This document shows, one piece after another, positions 50,368-63,489 of a stretch of DNA of 64,000 nucleotides. Made by a program: the position numbers and the translations under genes. This DNA is from Octopus vulgaris. Lineage: Eukaryota. Location: positions 12,710,001-12,774,000 of the forward strand of contig OX597839.1 in the NCBI GenBank assembly GCA_951406725.2, read 5' to 3'. The notes under the pieces are model-generated. The model saw only the letters and a list, made by a program, of their open reading frames with translations. It did no database searches and had not been told where the DNA came from. Positions within the stretch are counted from its first letter, which is position 1. Each line of letters opens with the position of its first letter.

Positions 50368-52760
50368 TTAAGCTGGGTTTCTGACGCCCACCTTTTTTTC
50401 CACTTCCTTCCATCTTTTCTCATACACACCCCGTGGTAAGATCCTCTTTTCCAGCCCCATTTTGCTCTTCAGATGATATCTGAAGTAAGTGAGCAAGCCG
50501 GGGCCCGAGACAAAGGATCCTATCGCGACTCCTTCCATTCTTGTTCGCCACATACACTCTTTTACTACTGCAACCGTGCAGTGAAAACATGCCTCACCTT
50601 CCTTCGAGAGTCCAGTTGGCGGTATCATCTTAATCATAGACTCAGCCGACAGCTGTACTCGTCCCAGATGCGATAACACGTGTTCTGCGTAACTTATCAA
50701 GTCGGACAACTTCCGACAGTGTACAAAAGCGTGCTGGACGGTTTCATCGTCCAACTCGCACCTTGGACACGTCGGTGGCACTGGAATTCCGTGCCGCGAT
50801 AACTTCTCGCGAACAGGTAAAGCATTCCTATAGCACTGCCAGGCCAGGGATCTTTGGAAATTATCCAAATACCCCGTCCTGAAAGTCTTTTTAAACAGGT
50901 TGATAAGCTGGTCTTCGTCAAACCCCAGAGCCCCTCCTAGGACGTCGTCGTTTTTTACCTCTACCAGCCTTCTATAAAATACCGAGGTGGTATTTCCGCA
51001 GCCGGCCTTGCCCGCCTTGTGGATCAGCGTGAGTGCCTGTCGGCACTCCTTTTGCCATGAAGTCAGTTTCCATCTTCTGATGAGACCAGGTTTAAAATTC
51101 ACTAAGGAGGCCGGACTCGGGAAAAATCCCCCTGCCAGCGGACTCCACACCTTATCACCCTCCAGGTGGTGCCAGAGATGCTTCAGCCTCAACGCATGTC
51201 TGTGCATCATCAACCAAGGCATTCCTAACCCACCCTTCGACGGTTCCTGGCAGCAAACGGAGCGCCTCACAAGTGGCTTTCCTCCCTTCCACAAAAAGCG
51301 GAAAAGGATTCGCTCCAACTTGCTAAGCCATGAGTCGGGGCAAGGGACAACGGTCAGGCGGTAAGTGATTACAGATGCAATGAACATCCGTACCACCTCC
51401 GCCCTTCCTTTCAAGGACAGAAACCTTCCGGACCAGGTCCGTACTATGGCCTCCACCTTGCTCGTCACTTCACTCCAGTTCCTCTCCGTTTGGGAGTCTG
51501 GCCCAAACCAAACTCCTAGCAACTTAACAGGGCCATCCGTCCAGTGTCCCACGACACTGGACGATATCGACTTGCTCCTCCAGGTGCCGAGGCGCAAGCC
51601 AACCGACTTGTCCTTGTTAACCTTTGCTCCTGCCACCGCCTCGTATCCTCTGATAGCCTCTTCCACACAAGGTAGCTGGGCCTCATTGGACACGATGAGG
51701 GTGACGTCATCCGCATAAGCAGTAACCGTCCTCCCACCTCCGATCTCATCCGAGTTACTTCCCAGTCTCTCCAACCTTCGCAGCAATGGCTCAAGAGCCA
51801 ATACGTACAAAAGTGGTGACAAGGGGCACCCTTGACGAACTGAACATTCGATCGAAAACGGTTCCGTTAGGTAACCGTTTATCTGGACGGTGGACTTGAT
51901 GCCGCTATACATAGCGGAGATCCACCCGCGAAATTCAGGGCCCAGTCCAGCCGCTTCGAGGACCGTCGCCAGGTACTCATGGTCTACCCTATCGAACGCT
52001 TTACTTTGGTCTAAATGGACCATTACCCCGCCCTTGCCGGTTAATTTACCCACCCTATCTAAGGTGTAGCGTATAAGGTGAAGGTTGTCCTGGATCGACC
52101 TGCCTGGAATTGCACATGTCTGTGCTCTCCCTACAAGTTTCTCCACGACAACCGTCAACCTTTTTGCCAACACCTTGGCCAGAATCTTTAACTCTACATT
52201 AAGTAGAGTTATGGGCCTGTAGTTACTAATGTTATCCCCCTTGCTCGGGTCTTTCTGGATTAGCGTCACCACTCCCCGGCTTACAGAACTGGGAATCCTC
52301 CCATTCTGCTGCCAGTTCGTGTAGACGCCTGCCAATATTCCCCCGAACAAGTCCGGCATACTTTGGTAAAACTCGTAGGGCAGACCATCCAACCCCGGCG
52401 ACTTCTCCCCGGCGCATCCGGCCAGTATCCCCTCTATCTCCGCGGGAGTGATCGCTTCTTCACAGCACTCCATCTCACGCCCCGAGAGCCGTGGCCCGCC
52501 GGCCAGGAAGTCCTTTAAGGTCCTCCCCTGCTCCGGCGCCACACCACCCCCGAACACGCGGGCGAAATGCTGGTGAAGAAACTTTTGCATCTCCTCCTGT
52601 CCATAGATCTTTTGTCCCTGTTCGTCAGTTAAAGACTGGATTGAGGCTTTGTTACCTCTCTGACTCTCCACTCGACGGGCCCATCCGGCAACGTTAATAC
52701 CTTCTCGTTTCCCAGCGCGTAGCTTAGCTCTGACTCTGCAACCTTCGTATTTGGAGTTAA
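50368..52760 (-). CDS. Tx1-type ORF2 reverse transcriptase with C-terminal zinc knuckle (follows a frameshift)
   Basis: KSPGLDGLP, YRPITLLN, DQSKAFDRV, VRQGCPLSPLL, YADD and CPRC..H...HC motifs. The frame stays open upstream of the annotated GTG (NSKYEGCRVRAK...) to a -1 frameshift near 52760. Confidence 0.93.
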
Positions 52761-53669
52761 TTGACGGTACAATACCGTCCTTGCCGCCAACACTCCGGAT
52801 GCAGAGCCAGCTTCCATTGCCTCGTTTAGATTCTTAACTAAATCGTCCTCTATCCTAGACCTATCTATCCTTAGCTGATTGCTAAATCTGATGGACTCTG
52901 AACGAATGGCTCTTTTGAGGGAGTGCCACCATCTATTGTTAATGATGGTGCCACACAATGCCCTCTGTACTAACACCTTAATCCGGGTACGGAAGTCTTC
53001 ACAATTCAAAATAGCCTTGTTCAGCTTCCAGTACCCGGGTCCCTGTCTATGACACTTGTCTAATTGCATCCTACACGTCACAAATTTGTGATCCGTGTAA
53101 GGCACAATGTGAAATTGTGGACAACTAAACGTATCCTTATCTCTTTTCTTAATAAATATCCTATCTAGATACGATCTGTGTGAGCCGTCGTTGTTACTCC
53201 ACGTCCACTGTGGAACGCTCGGCTCATCCAGTCGATAACGGTCCACTAGATCAAAGCTCTCTAGTAGACCCTTGAGGCTAGGGTTCCCCTTCCTATTGGT
53301 TGAGCCAACACTGTCGACCCGCGCTTCAAGGACGACATGGCGGATTTTGTCCCACACCGGGGACAAGCACTTTTCGACCAATTCGTTTCTAACGTCCATA
53401 ATTTTCTTTTCTTTGTAGCTATACACTTTATATATGACTGTTTTCTCCTTTATTTCTTGTACCTTTGCCTGCGGCGGTACAAGTTTGACTTCGTTTCCTT
53501 CCATTTTTACCAAGTTCCTGAATTCGAACAGTTGTTCGATCTTGAATTCAACGTCCATCATGGTTCCGCCTACCGCGGCCGAAAAAGACTGTTTGGTTAC
53601 TTCCGTTTCCTTTAATTCACTTGTTCCCATCGCGGGGAAGTCATTCTTCGACGCCAAGTCGAATTCCAT
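52760..53669 (-). pseudogene. ORF1 N-terminus fused in frame to the C-terminal half of the APE endonuclease
   Basis: The C-terminal part has EN motifs (DLVDRYR, WTWSN, SYLDRIF, TDHK, PGYWKLN). The N-terminal EN motifs up to GDFN are absent and replaced by about 112 unrelated residues. Confidence 0.75.
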
Positions 53670-54719
53670 TCCTCAAAGAATGTTTCAAAAATTACCTCGA
53701 AGGTAATAACAATTTTAAATACAGAATTTTCTGCCCCGTAGGGCGAAAATTACCGTTACACAACGGGCACTGTTCAAATAACAATTAACACAAACAACGA
53801 TGATCAAAATTTCGAACTCTCTCAACAAAGGCAGCAATTTCTCAAAACGCAGATGAAAAATGCAATTAAAAAAAAAATTTTTTACTGTAGCGAGATGATT
53901 GAATCTGTGCTTTAAATACAGCTGTGTAGGCTCCAGATGCTAGGTTTTGCAAACTGTATTCTGACCAATCAGTGTGTAGTATCACTCAATTACTTAAGCT
54001 GATTGGTTGGTTGAGCTGATTGGTTTAGGTGTCATGCTTTGTTGGACATGTCAAGAGTCCTGTATCTTGACCCTGGCCGAAGCAGCTGCTGGTACTTAAT
54101 TTATCGACCCCGAAAGGATGAAAGGCAAAGTCGACCTCGGCGGAATTTGAACTCAGAACGTAACAGCAGACGAAATATGGCTATGCATTTCGCCCAGCAT
54201 GCTAACGTTTCTGCCAGCTCACCGCCTTAAGGCCTTTTACAATACCCTTAAAGTCAGGAACTTTCAGCACCCCTTCATATGTATATATATATGTATATAT
54301 GCATATATACTGGACTTTGTTCAGTTTCTGTGTGCCAAATCCACTCACAAGGCTTTGATCAACTTGGGGTTGTAACAGAAGACACTGGCCCAAGGTGTCA
54401 TGCAGTGAGGTCGAACACAAAAGCATGTGCTTCAGAAGCAAACTTCTTACCATATAGCCACAAAAAAACAATAGGGTTTATTCAAGTAAAGAATGGAGCG
54501 TGCAGTCATAATGTGCGTGAAAGAGTAAGACAGAGATGGTAGTAATAGCTTACATACAGAGAATCTAGTTAAAGTTAAGATGATGGTAACAGTAATAATA
54601 ATTAGGTTATAGAGAGCAAGGGAGTGCAGGGGAAACATAGCAGTCAGTGTGTGAATGCAAAGCCAGTTAGTAAGATAAACTATCTCTCGAATATCTTATT
54701 AGTCTTTTATGCCTACTTT

Positions 54720-54798
54720 GTTTGTCTGTATGTCCGTCCGACTGTCTGTCTGTCTATCTATCTATCTGTGTCTATCTATCTGTGTGTGTTTCTGTCTG

Positions 54799-54835
<37 letters not shown>

Positions 54836-54850
54836 TTATCTATCTATCTC

Positions 54851-54881
<31 letters not shown>

Positions 54882-54989
54882 CTTCATCTACTCTCCCATC
54901 CATCCATCCATCTCTCTCTCTCTATCTATCTATCTATCTTTTCATCTATTCACCTCGCCCGTCCATCCGTCCGTCTGTCTGTTTGTCTG

Positions 54990-55023
<34 letters not shown>

Positions 55024-55025
55024 CC
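54720..55025. repeat. (CTAT)n/(CTGT)n microsatellite
   Basis: Read directly. Confidence 0.95.
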
Positions 55026-55242
55026 TGCCTAGAAGGGTTTCAGTCAAACAAAATCCATGCCATCATGGAAGGCAGATCTTAAACGATGATGATGATGAAA
55101 TTGACCCCAGGCCCTATTTCTTAAGCATAATACTTATTCCGTTGGCCTCTTTTGCCAAACTATTAAGTTACAAGGACATAAACACAGCAACACCTTTTGT
55201 GAAGCAGTAGTGGGGGACAAATACAAACTCAAACACACAGAT

Positions 55243-55287
<45 letters not shown>

Positions 55288-55305
55288 CACATATATATAT
55301 ATATA

Positions 55306-57303
55306 CTGTGTATTTCTGCATATAAGATGACCTTTAAATCCTAAAATTTACCCTAAAAATTTGTGGTCATCTTATACCACAATTCTAAAAATCAAACTTA
55401 GAATTTTTAGTGATCTTATAAGTAAACTAACCTTAATCTCAGATATGCAGATATGCAAAGAGATTAACAAAATAAAAAAAATCATAATATAGGTAATAAA
55501 TATCATCATCATCATCACCGTCGTTTAACGTCCGCTTTCCATGCTAGCATAAGTTGGACGGTTTGACTGTGGGCTGGTGAACCAGATGGCTGCACCAGGC
55601 TCCAGTCTGATCTGGCAGAGTTTCTACAGCTCGATGCCCTTCCTAACGCCAACCACTCCGAGAGTGTAGTGGGTGCATTTTACATGCCACTGGCACGGGG
55701 GCCAGTCAGGCGGTACTGGCAACGACCTCGCTTGAATCCTTTTACACATGCCACCAGCACAGGTGCCAGTAAGGCAACGTTGGTAACGATCATGCTCGAA
55801 TGGTGCCCTTTTACGTGCCACTGGCACGGAAGCCAGTTGGCTGCTCTGGCAACGATCACGCTCGGATGGTGCTCTTGGCACCCTAAGTGATCTTGCTCTA
55901 AAATCTTTACTTTCTTCTTTATATAATTTAGTCCATTTTAGGGCATAATATCTTAATATATTTCATGTTACAATGTAGCTGTCTTGTCTCTACTGGAATC
56001 CCCATTCTGCTACATCATTTTCCAAATTCAGTCAACAAGTGCTTTCTCTTCTCATTGTACATTTTTGTTTAGCCATTTGTCTTAATTTATCCTCATTCTT
56101 TTTCCACTCTCATACTATCTTCTCAGTAACATTGAATGTTCTAGCAGCAGCACAATTGTTAGAACTCTTGGCTACTTTTATAACTTTCAATTTGAAACTA
56201 GCCTCATATTTTCTTCTTTTTTGCAGGTGGTTGCATATTGTTATGGGTATAAAATGATTATAAATTTCACTTGACTAGACACTTTGTGGTTTTACATGAA
56301 GTGTTGGTAAATGGTTATTAATACTCCAGGCTGGCTGTAACTGTTTAGAACATTTCAGTCATATGAAACACCATTATCATATTGTCAGCATTTGTTATGA
56401 TAGTGAAAAAGTTTTGATAAAGAAGAAGAATCAGAATTCTTTGGAGATCAGCTGAGAAGCATAAACAAAACAATGGTTTCCCTTTTAGGCAAAGTGTATA
56501 GGAAAAACATGATATAGAATTGTCTTTGCTTTTATTGGTAAACTAGCACTATGACCCGGCAACGCTGGGTCATAGTGCTAGTGCATGTATATACATCTGC
56601 GTGTGTGCGCACTTACACGCGAGTACTGTCCAAATCTCCGACCAATCACATACTGCTAGCTGGCATTCAGTTGGTGTATCAAGTTTCAGGCATTTTGATT
56701 GGGTTTTGGATAGAAAATTCACAAAAAAGTCACTTCTATTGATTTTTTTAATGGCTTTGTGGGGTGACTAGGGAAATGTAAAGATTTGCACGACCACCCT
56801 TGGACGGTTTTGAATAACTATAGAAAGTGCGAGCCCTCTAACTGAAAAATTGTGTGGATTTGTATAAAGGACACAGACATTTTGCCGTTTATATATAGAG
56901 AGATGTTAGGTTATATACAGTACATATTGGTATGTATTGGTATGTGAACAGGAAAAGGAGAGGAAGAAGAAGGAAATCAGTATTTGCAAGAGATCAACAG
57001 ATGAAACACGAACAAAACAATGGTTCCCTTTTAGGCTATGTGTGTATGAAAAAAACATGATATAGAAATGGATTTGATATTTCATTTATTTAAATTCCTA
57101 AGAAAAACTTTTGTAATAACATCATCTTTACAAGACCAATATTTCTAAAGATACCTGCTGATGCAAAAGCAAGCCTGTACACAGATGGTTTTGTAATTCA
57201 GCAGTCGTCTTATACTACAGATATGAGATAAATTCATGAAATTTTTTTTACAAATTTTGACCTCGTCTTATCTAAAAGTCATCATATACATGGAAATATA
57301 CGG
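55306..57303. mobile_element. Old TA-flanked pogo/Tc1-like non-autonomous element with a nested SINE and Helitron
   Basis: Degenerate 26-bp TIRs (19/26 match) flanked by TA. Confidence 0.5.
56543..56903 (-). mobile_element. Second non-autonomous Helitron family (other copies at 42504-42856 and 4508-4845)
   Basis: Three ~350-bp near-identical copies; TC 5' end, palindromic CTAG 3' end, A|T insertion site. Confidence 0.82.
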
Positions 57304-57945
57304 TAAAAAGAAACATTCGTGCGAGGTCGTTGCCAGTGCTGCTGGACTGGCTCATGTACAGGTGGTACATAAAAACACCATTTGAGAGTGGCCGTTGCCA
57401 GTACCACCTGACTGGCCCTCGTGCTGGTGGCATGTAAAAGCACCCACTACAACTCTTGGAGTGGTTGGCATTAGGAAGGACATCCATGTAGATTTTTTTT
57501 TTTTTAAATACATAAAAAGTTAAAAATTAAAACTGTGGGGTGGGGATTAAAAAATTTTTAAACGTGGTTTTTGCATATGCGGAATCTCCAACATTGAAAA
57601 CATAGGAATCCGGTTAAAAAAATTCGCTTTGGTGACCGGGCGCTAAACTAGATCCCGAAAATTATGAGTGGGGGAAAAAACGGATTGTGTGAACTTTCCG
57701 ACAGTCTTTTCCTCACCCTTTTGGAAAACATTTTCCCCACAAATTTCTTTATAATCGTTATCTATGCTGTTTGAAAGGTGCATCTGTAAAATTTCATTAA
57801 AAGATATCCATTTTCCTGAAAATTATAAGAGGAAAAAAAACGGATCGTGTGAATTTTCCAACAGTCCTCCCCTCATCTCTTCGAAAAAATTCTCCCCCAG
57901 TAATATCTTTATAATCATAATTTGTGCCATTTGAATGGTATTTTT

Positions 57946-58360
57946 GGATCTTTTTGGTTTGAACGGCAGTTTTTAACATAATTTCTAGGTAACTAAAAAA
58001 ATTTAAACCTCGTATACTGGTAGAATGTGCTTATAAAACATCTTTTTCTCTTGGCTTTATTGAGAAAATTCTATAGTTTGTAAGATATTTCTGTTTTTTT
58101 TCTTCAATTTCTGCAATTTCAACCAATCAGTGACGTCTATTGAGTTAAAAAGCATTCTGTGCCGTATGAATATGTCCCTCGTTTAAGAAACAGATTGGTT
58201 TTATTTACATTTGTGAAGAAAAAAAGATACTCTTGCCCCCACCCCTAACCCTAACCCTAACAGAGATTGAAATGCAATAGATCGATTCTAGGGTCATAAT
58301 TATGGGTGACAATTTCATATGGCACCACTAGAAAAACTGCCGTTCAAACCAAAAAGATCC
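57946..58360. mobile_element. Same MITE family, TSD GTATTTTT (a partial copy lies at 47252-47651)
   Basis: TIRs and 8-bp TSD read directly. Confidence 0.9.
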
Positions 58361-59618
58361 GTATTTTTTTATAGAATTTCATCATATATTGATGAAATTT
58401 TTTCCTGAAAGTAATAGGGAAAAATCGGATCTTGTGAATTTTCCGATAGCCCTCTTCTCACCCACCCCACCGTTTGTCTGTGCAATTTTTTGTTTGCATA
58501 TTCCTTTTCTACACAGCTTTTAACATCTAGCAGGCTGGGTTTTTTATTTTTATTTTTGTTTTTGTTAACGGGTCTCAAAGTTTATATTGACCGAGTATTT
58601 TAGATTTTTTCCTAGTTTTTTTAATGGTACAATCTCATTATTAATGAAATTAAAAAGCTACTAAAAACTTTAAACAATCTCCCATTTTTTTTGTTTATTT
58701 ATTCACCATGTGTGGTAAGTAGCTTGCTTACGAACTACATGGTTCTGGGTTCAGTCCCACTGCGTGGCACCTTAGGTAAGTGTCTTCTACTTTAGCCTCG
58801 GGCCGACCAAACTATTGTAAGTGGATTTGGTAGACAGAAACTAAAAGAAGCACGTCGTATATATGTATGTGTGTGTATATGTTTGTGTGTCTGTGTTTGT
58901 CCCCCCAACATCGCTTGACAATCGATGCTGGCGTGTTTACATCCCCATAACTTAGCGGTTCGGCAATAGAGACAGATAGAATAAGTACTAGGCTTCCAAA
59001 GAATAAGTCCTGGGGTCGATTTGCTCGACTAAAGGCGGTGCTCCAGCATGGCCACAGTAAAAATGACCGAAACAAGTAAAAGAGTATGTGACGTTTTGCT
59101 TGTTCCCGAACTCCAACCAGGCCAACATCAAACCACGTAATTTTTACAAGCTGCTGCATCTCAGCGTATCACAACTAAAATCCTTCCGCCAACATGCATA
59201 CATATATACATACAGGTTTGTGTATGAATATGCCGAGAGAGAGAGAGATAAAGAGAGAGAAAGATAAAGAGAGAGACAGAGGGGTGGACTTTCGTTGTCA
59301 ATTTCACTTGTAATTCGATATTGTTGCTAATCTCTGCACTTTCGCAAGTGTACGCGATTGTGTGCATATGTATGTATGTATGCACGCACATGTGTGAGTG
59401 TGTGTGTATGTTTGGCTCTGAGTGCCGTGTGCATTCGATGTTTTTGTTTTTTGTTGTAACAGAATTGAAATTGCTTGTTCAATATCAATTTGCCCAGTGC
59501 TGATTATTACGTGAAGTCACTTCCCATTTCGTGTCAATATATATTTCTATATATATATCTTCCTTCCTGCTTTGTCGTCACTTGTCGAACTTCGTTCACA
59601 GAAACAGTAGGGGCTGCC

Positions 59619-59644
59619 ATGGACGGATCCAGTGAACTACATAG
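59619..59644 (+). CDS. Possible first coding exon of an unidentified plus-strand gene (MDGSSELH)
   Basis: GCTGCCATGG Kozak context and AG|GTCAGT donor in a non-repetitive, CpG-retaining region; no homology evidence. Confidence 0.25.
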
Positions 59645-60424
59645 GTCAGTCAAAGAATACTATTCTTAACTTTTCAAAATAACTTTTGCGTTTAAATCCA
59701 TCTCTTTTTGTTTTTATTTTACGGCTGTTAAATTTCTATCGAATGCTGAAACATTCTTATCATAGAATAAACACGTAATTCTTATCCAGTGAACCAGGAA
59801 GCGCCTACGTACACACACACACACACACACACATACACACACGCGCGCGCACGTGTTTGTTTTAACGTCCTGTTATAATAAAAGCAATTTTACATTAATC
59901 TGATGGGTTACTCTGTACTGTGGTGTACAAATTTATTTCCCGGAGATGTACTTGCATAGCAAGTGACCTGATCTGAGATCGTGTGCTGAAACAAATACAG
60001 AATGCCATTTAAAAACAACGCCGTTAGATTCACTTCAACATTTAAATTTAATTTGTCAATTGTTTACAGATTTGTCCTTATACAAGTATGTTGTTCATAG
60101 TCCGTCGAAGATTTGGCCAGCCAAACCTTCGTCGGACGTTGGGTTAGCTGGCTGAAACTTCGAAGTTATTGTCAACAACATTCTTGTATAAGAATGTGTG
60201 TGTGTGTAGATAGATATATTTTACTTTCGAGTGAATTTTCTCTCTTTGGCTGCACTGTTTGAAAATTGAGGAGTGACAGTCAAACAAAAAATTTGTTATG
60301 CTTATTGTATGTACAAGAGGTCATGGGCCAACGGATTTTTGGGATCTAACGATACGCCATAAGGCTAAATCCTTAATGGACGGGAAATCTAAAATAATCC
60401 CATAAACTGGCCTTCCACTTATAT

Positions 60425-60630
60425 GAGCTGGCAGAAACGTTAGCGCGCCGGGCGAAATGCTTAGCGGTATTTCGTCTGTCGTTACGTTCTGAGTTCAAAT
60501 TCCGTTGAGGTCGACTTTGCCTTTCATCCTTTCCGGGTCGATAAATAAAGCACCAGTTTCGCACTGGGATCCCTTTGTCTGTCCTTGTTTGTCCCCTCTA
60601 TGTTTAGCCCCTTGTGGGCAGTAAAGAAAT
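60425..60630 (+). mobile_element. tRNA-derived SINE with a Nin/Deu-like central domain
   Basis: GAGTTCAAATTCC B-box and GCCTTTCATCCTTTCGGGGTCGATAAA..AGTACCAG-type core. Other copies at about 13455-13690(-), 27733-27950(-), 38690-39095(-), 46810-47045(-), 54087-54227(-). Confidence 0.8.
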
Positions 60631-60779
60631 ATATATATATGTGTATATATATACTTATGTATGTATGTGTATATATATATATATATTTACATAATTATTA
60701 ATATTTGAGGGGATCAAATCCAAAACTTACAAGGAAAAAAAATTCAATTTAGAAGTACTAAATCAAATTTCACACAATA

Positions 60780-61152
60780 TCTCTCTCTATATAAACGGCA
60801 GTTTGTCTGTGCGTGTTTCTGTGTGTCTGTTTGCTTGTACCCTCACCCTGACCACGGCTTTCAACCGATTCTGATGAAACTTGACACACACATAGCCCAA
60901 TGTCATAATTCAAAACTAACGCAGCCAAAATTTTGAAAAGTTCCCCCAGTTCTGAAAAAAATCGATAAATTCGACATGGGGTCGAGAATCAGAAACACAA
61001 ACCACAAACTGTCTAGGGGACGCAACTCCACCTTTTTTAACTCTCAAAAAAATTTACCATCATTTTTTTGCTATTTTTTGGCTATAACTCTCTAAAAATG
61101 CTTTATAGTTATTTCCCTTACAAACCTGAGCAACGCCGGGCGATACTGCTAG
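60780..61152 (+). mobile_element. Non-autonomous Helitron
   Basis: A|TC start and ...GAGCAACGCCGGGCGATACTGCTAG|T end; shares its 3' segment with 26828. Confidence 0.85.
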
Positions 61153-61164
61153 TAATATATATAT

Positions 61165-61500
61165 ATATATATAAAATTAGAAAAAACCACCTTTCATCAA
61201 TTCAAAATGAACAATTAAATTACACCATCCAGTAAATTACACATAATAGAGATATTAACATTAAAATAACAATAAAATGTCAAAGGTTAAGTAAATTGCA
61301 AAAAAATAATAATAATAACTAATTTTCTACAATTTGTACTAATTATTATTATTATTTTTTTGCAATTTACTTAATCTTTGACATTTTATTGTTATTTTAA
61401 TGTTAATATTTCTATTATGTGTAATTTACTGGATGGTGTAATTTAATTGTTCATTTTGAATTGATGAAAGGTGATTTTTTTCTAATATTTATATATATAT
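61165..61500. repeat. AT-rich long palindrome (~155-bp arms) within (TA)n
   Basis: 61170-61320 is nearly the reverse complement of 61342-61495. Confidence 0.9.
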
Positions 61501-61521
61501 ATTTACATATATATTTATATT

Positions 61522-61556
<35 letters not shown>

Positions 61557-63489
61557 CATCATCATCATCATCGTTTAACATCCGTTTTCCGTGCTAGCAC
61601 AGGTTTGACAGTTCGACCGGGGTCTGGGAAGCTAGGAGGCTGCACCAGGCTCCAGTTTGATCTGGCAGGGTTTCTACAGCTGGATGCCCTTCCTAACGCC
61701 AACCACTCCATGAGTGTAGTGGGTGCTTTTTACGTGCCACCGGCACAGTTGCCAGGGGAGTCCGGCAGCAGCCACAATCAGTTGGTGCTTTTTATGTGCC
61801 ACCGGCACAGGTATCATAACTACTATTTCCATTTGATATTTATTTCGATGTTCATGTACTTGACTCAATAGGTCTCCTCAAGCACAGCAGGTTGTTCTGA
61901 AATCCAATGGGCTGGGGCTATGCGGGACTGGTGCACATATATATTTATATATCCCTCTCTCCCTTTTGGAGAGGCTCTGAGCACCTACACGCACACATAC
62001 ACACATGGCAGTAACTTCCGCCTACCGAATTCAATCACAAAGCTTCGGTCGACTCGGGGCTATAGTAGAAGACACCTACCCAAAGTGGAACTGAACCTGA
62101 AACCATGTATCTAGGAAGCAAGCTCCCTAACCATACAGCCATGCCATATATATATATATATTCATTTATATTTATATACAGTGGCTGTGTGGTAAGTAGC
62201 TTGCTTGCCAACCACATGGTTCTGGAAAATTGTCTTCTACTATAGCCTTGGGCTGACCAAAGCCTTGTGAGTGAATTTGATAGACGGAAACTGAAAAGAA
62301 ACCTGTCATATATATGTATGTATATATGTGTATGTTTGTGTGTCTGTGTTTGTCACCCCAACATTGCTTGGCAACTGATGCTGGTGTTTTTACGTCCCCG
62401 TAACTTAGCGGTTCGGCAAAAAGAGACAGATAGAATAAGTACTAGGCTTACAAAGAATAAGTCCTGGTGTCAATTTGCTCGACTAAAGGCAGTGCTTCAG
62501 CATAGCCTTCCTAATGTCAACCATTCTGTGAGTATAGTGTGTGCTTTTTACGTGCCACCGGCATGAACGCCAGTCAAGGTGGTGCTGGCATCAGCCACGT
62601 TCGGATGGTGTATTTTATGTGCCACCGGCACAGGTGTCATAACTACAATTTCCATTTGATTTTTATTTTGATGTTGATGTACTTGACTCAGTAGGTCTCC
62701 TCAAGCACAGTAGGTTGCCCTATGATCCAAGGTAAACACAGCAGGCCGTCCTGCGAGCCATGCAGCAGGTTGCCCTACAATCCAAGGTAAGCACAGCAGG
62801 CTGTCCTGCAAGCCATACACTCTCTTCATTTGTTGGGTCTTCACATATATTTATATACATTTATATTTATATATATATATTCTTTTACGCTTTTATTTGT
62901 TTAGTATGGGAGTGCTGGTGCTGTATAAAAAGCACAGGTGATGGTGCCACATAAAAAGCACCCAGCACACTCTGTGGAGTGGTTGATGTTAAGAAGGGTA
63001 TCTATCCACAGAAAACAAAAGCAATGCAATGTAGTTATGATTGAATCTGCCATGTTAACATGTACCTCCTTGCAGCAATGTGAATGTGCATTTAATCAAG
63101 ATATCCTTGGTTTGAAGAGTAGCCTGTGGTATACACCACACCTGAATATTTACTTCTGAGGCTCTGCTCACTATTTAACATATGTAACTCTTGAATATAT
63201 AACTCTTGTATATGTAACTCTTCATCATCATCGTTTAATGTCCGTTTTCTGTGCTAGCACAGGTTGGATGGTTCAACCAGGGTCTGGGAAGCCAGGAGGC
63301 TGCACCAGGCTCCAGTCTGATCTGGCAGTGTTTCTACAGCTGGATGCCCTTACTAACGCCAACCACCCTGTGAGTGTAGTGGGTGCTTTTTACATGCTAC
63401 CGGCACAGGTGCCAGGGGGGGCTGGCAGCAGTCACGATCGGTTGCTGCTTTTTACGTGCCACCGGCACAGAAGCCAGTCAAGCTTATAG

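Larger units (their letters stand above)
50112..53875 (-). mobile_element. L1/Tx1-type non-LTR retrotransposon, internally deleted
   Basis: 14-bp TSD AATTTTTTACTGTA at 50098-50111 and 53876-53889; AATAAA near the 3' end; contains EN and RT coding regions. Confidence 0.92.

Noticed and set aside
50473-53706. Plus-strand ORFs overlapping the LINE
   Set aside because: Antisense shadows of the GC-richer retrotransposon coding region.
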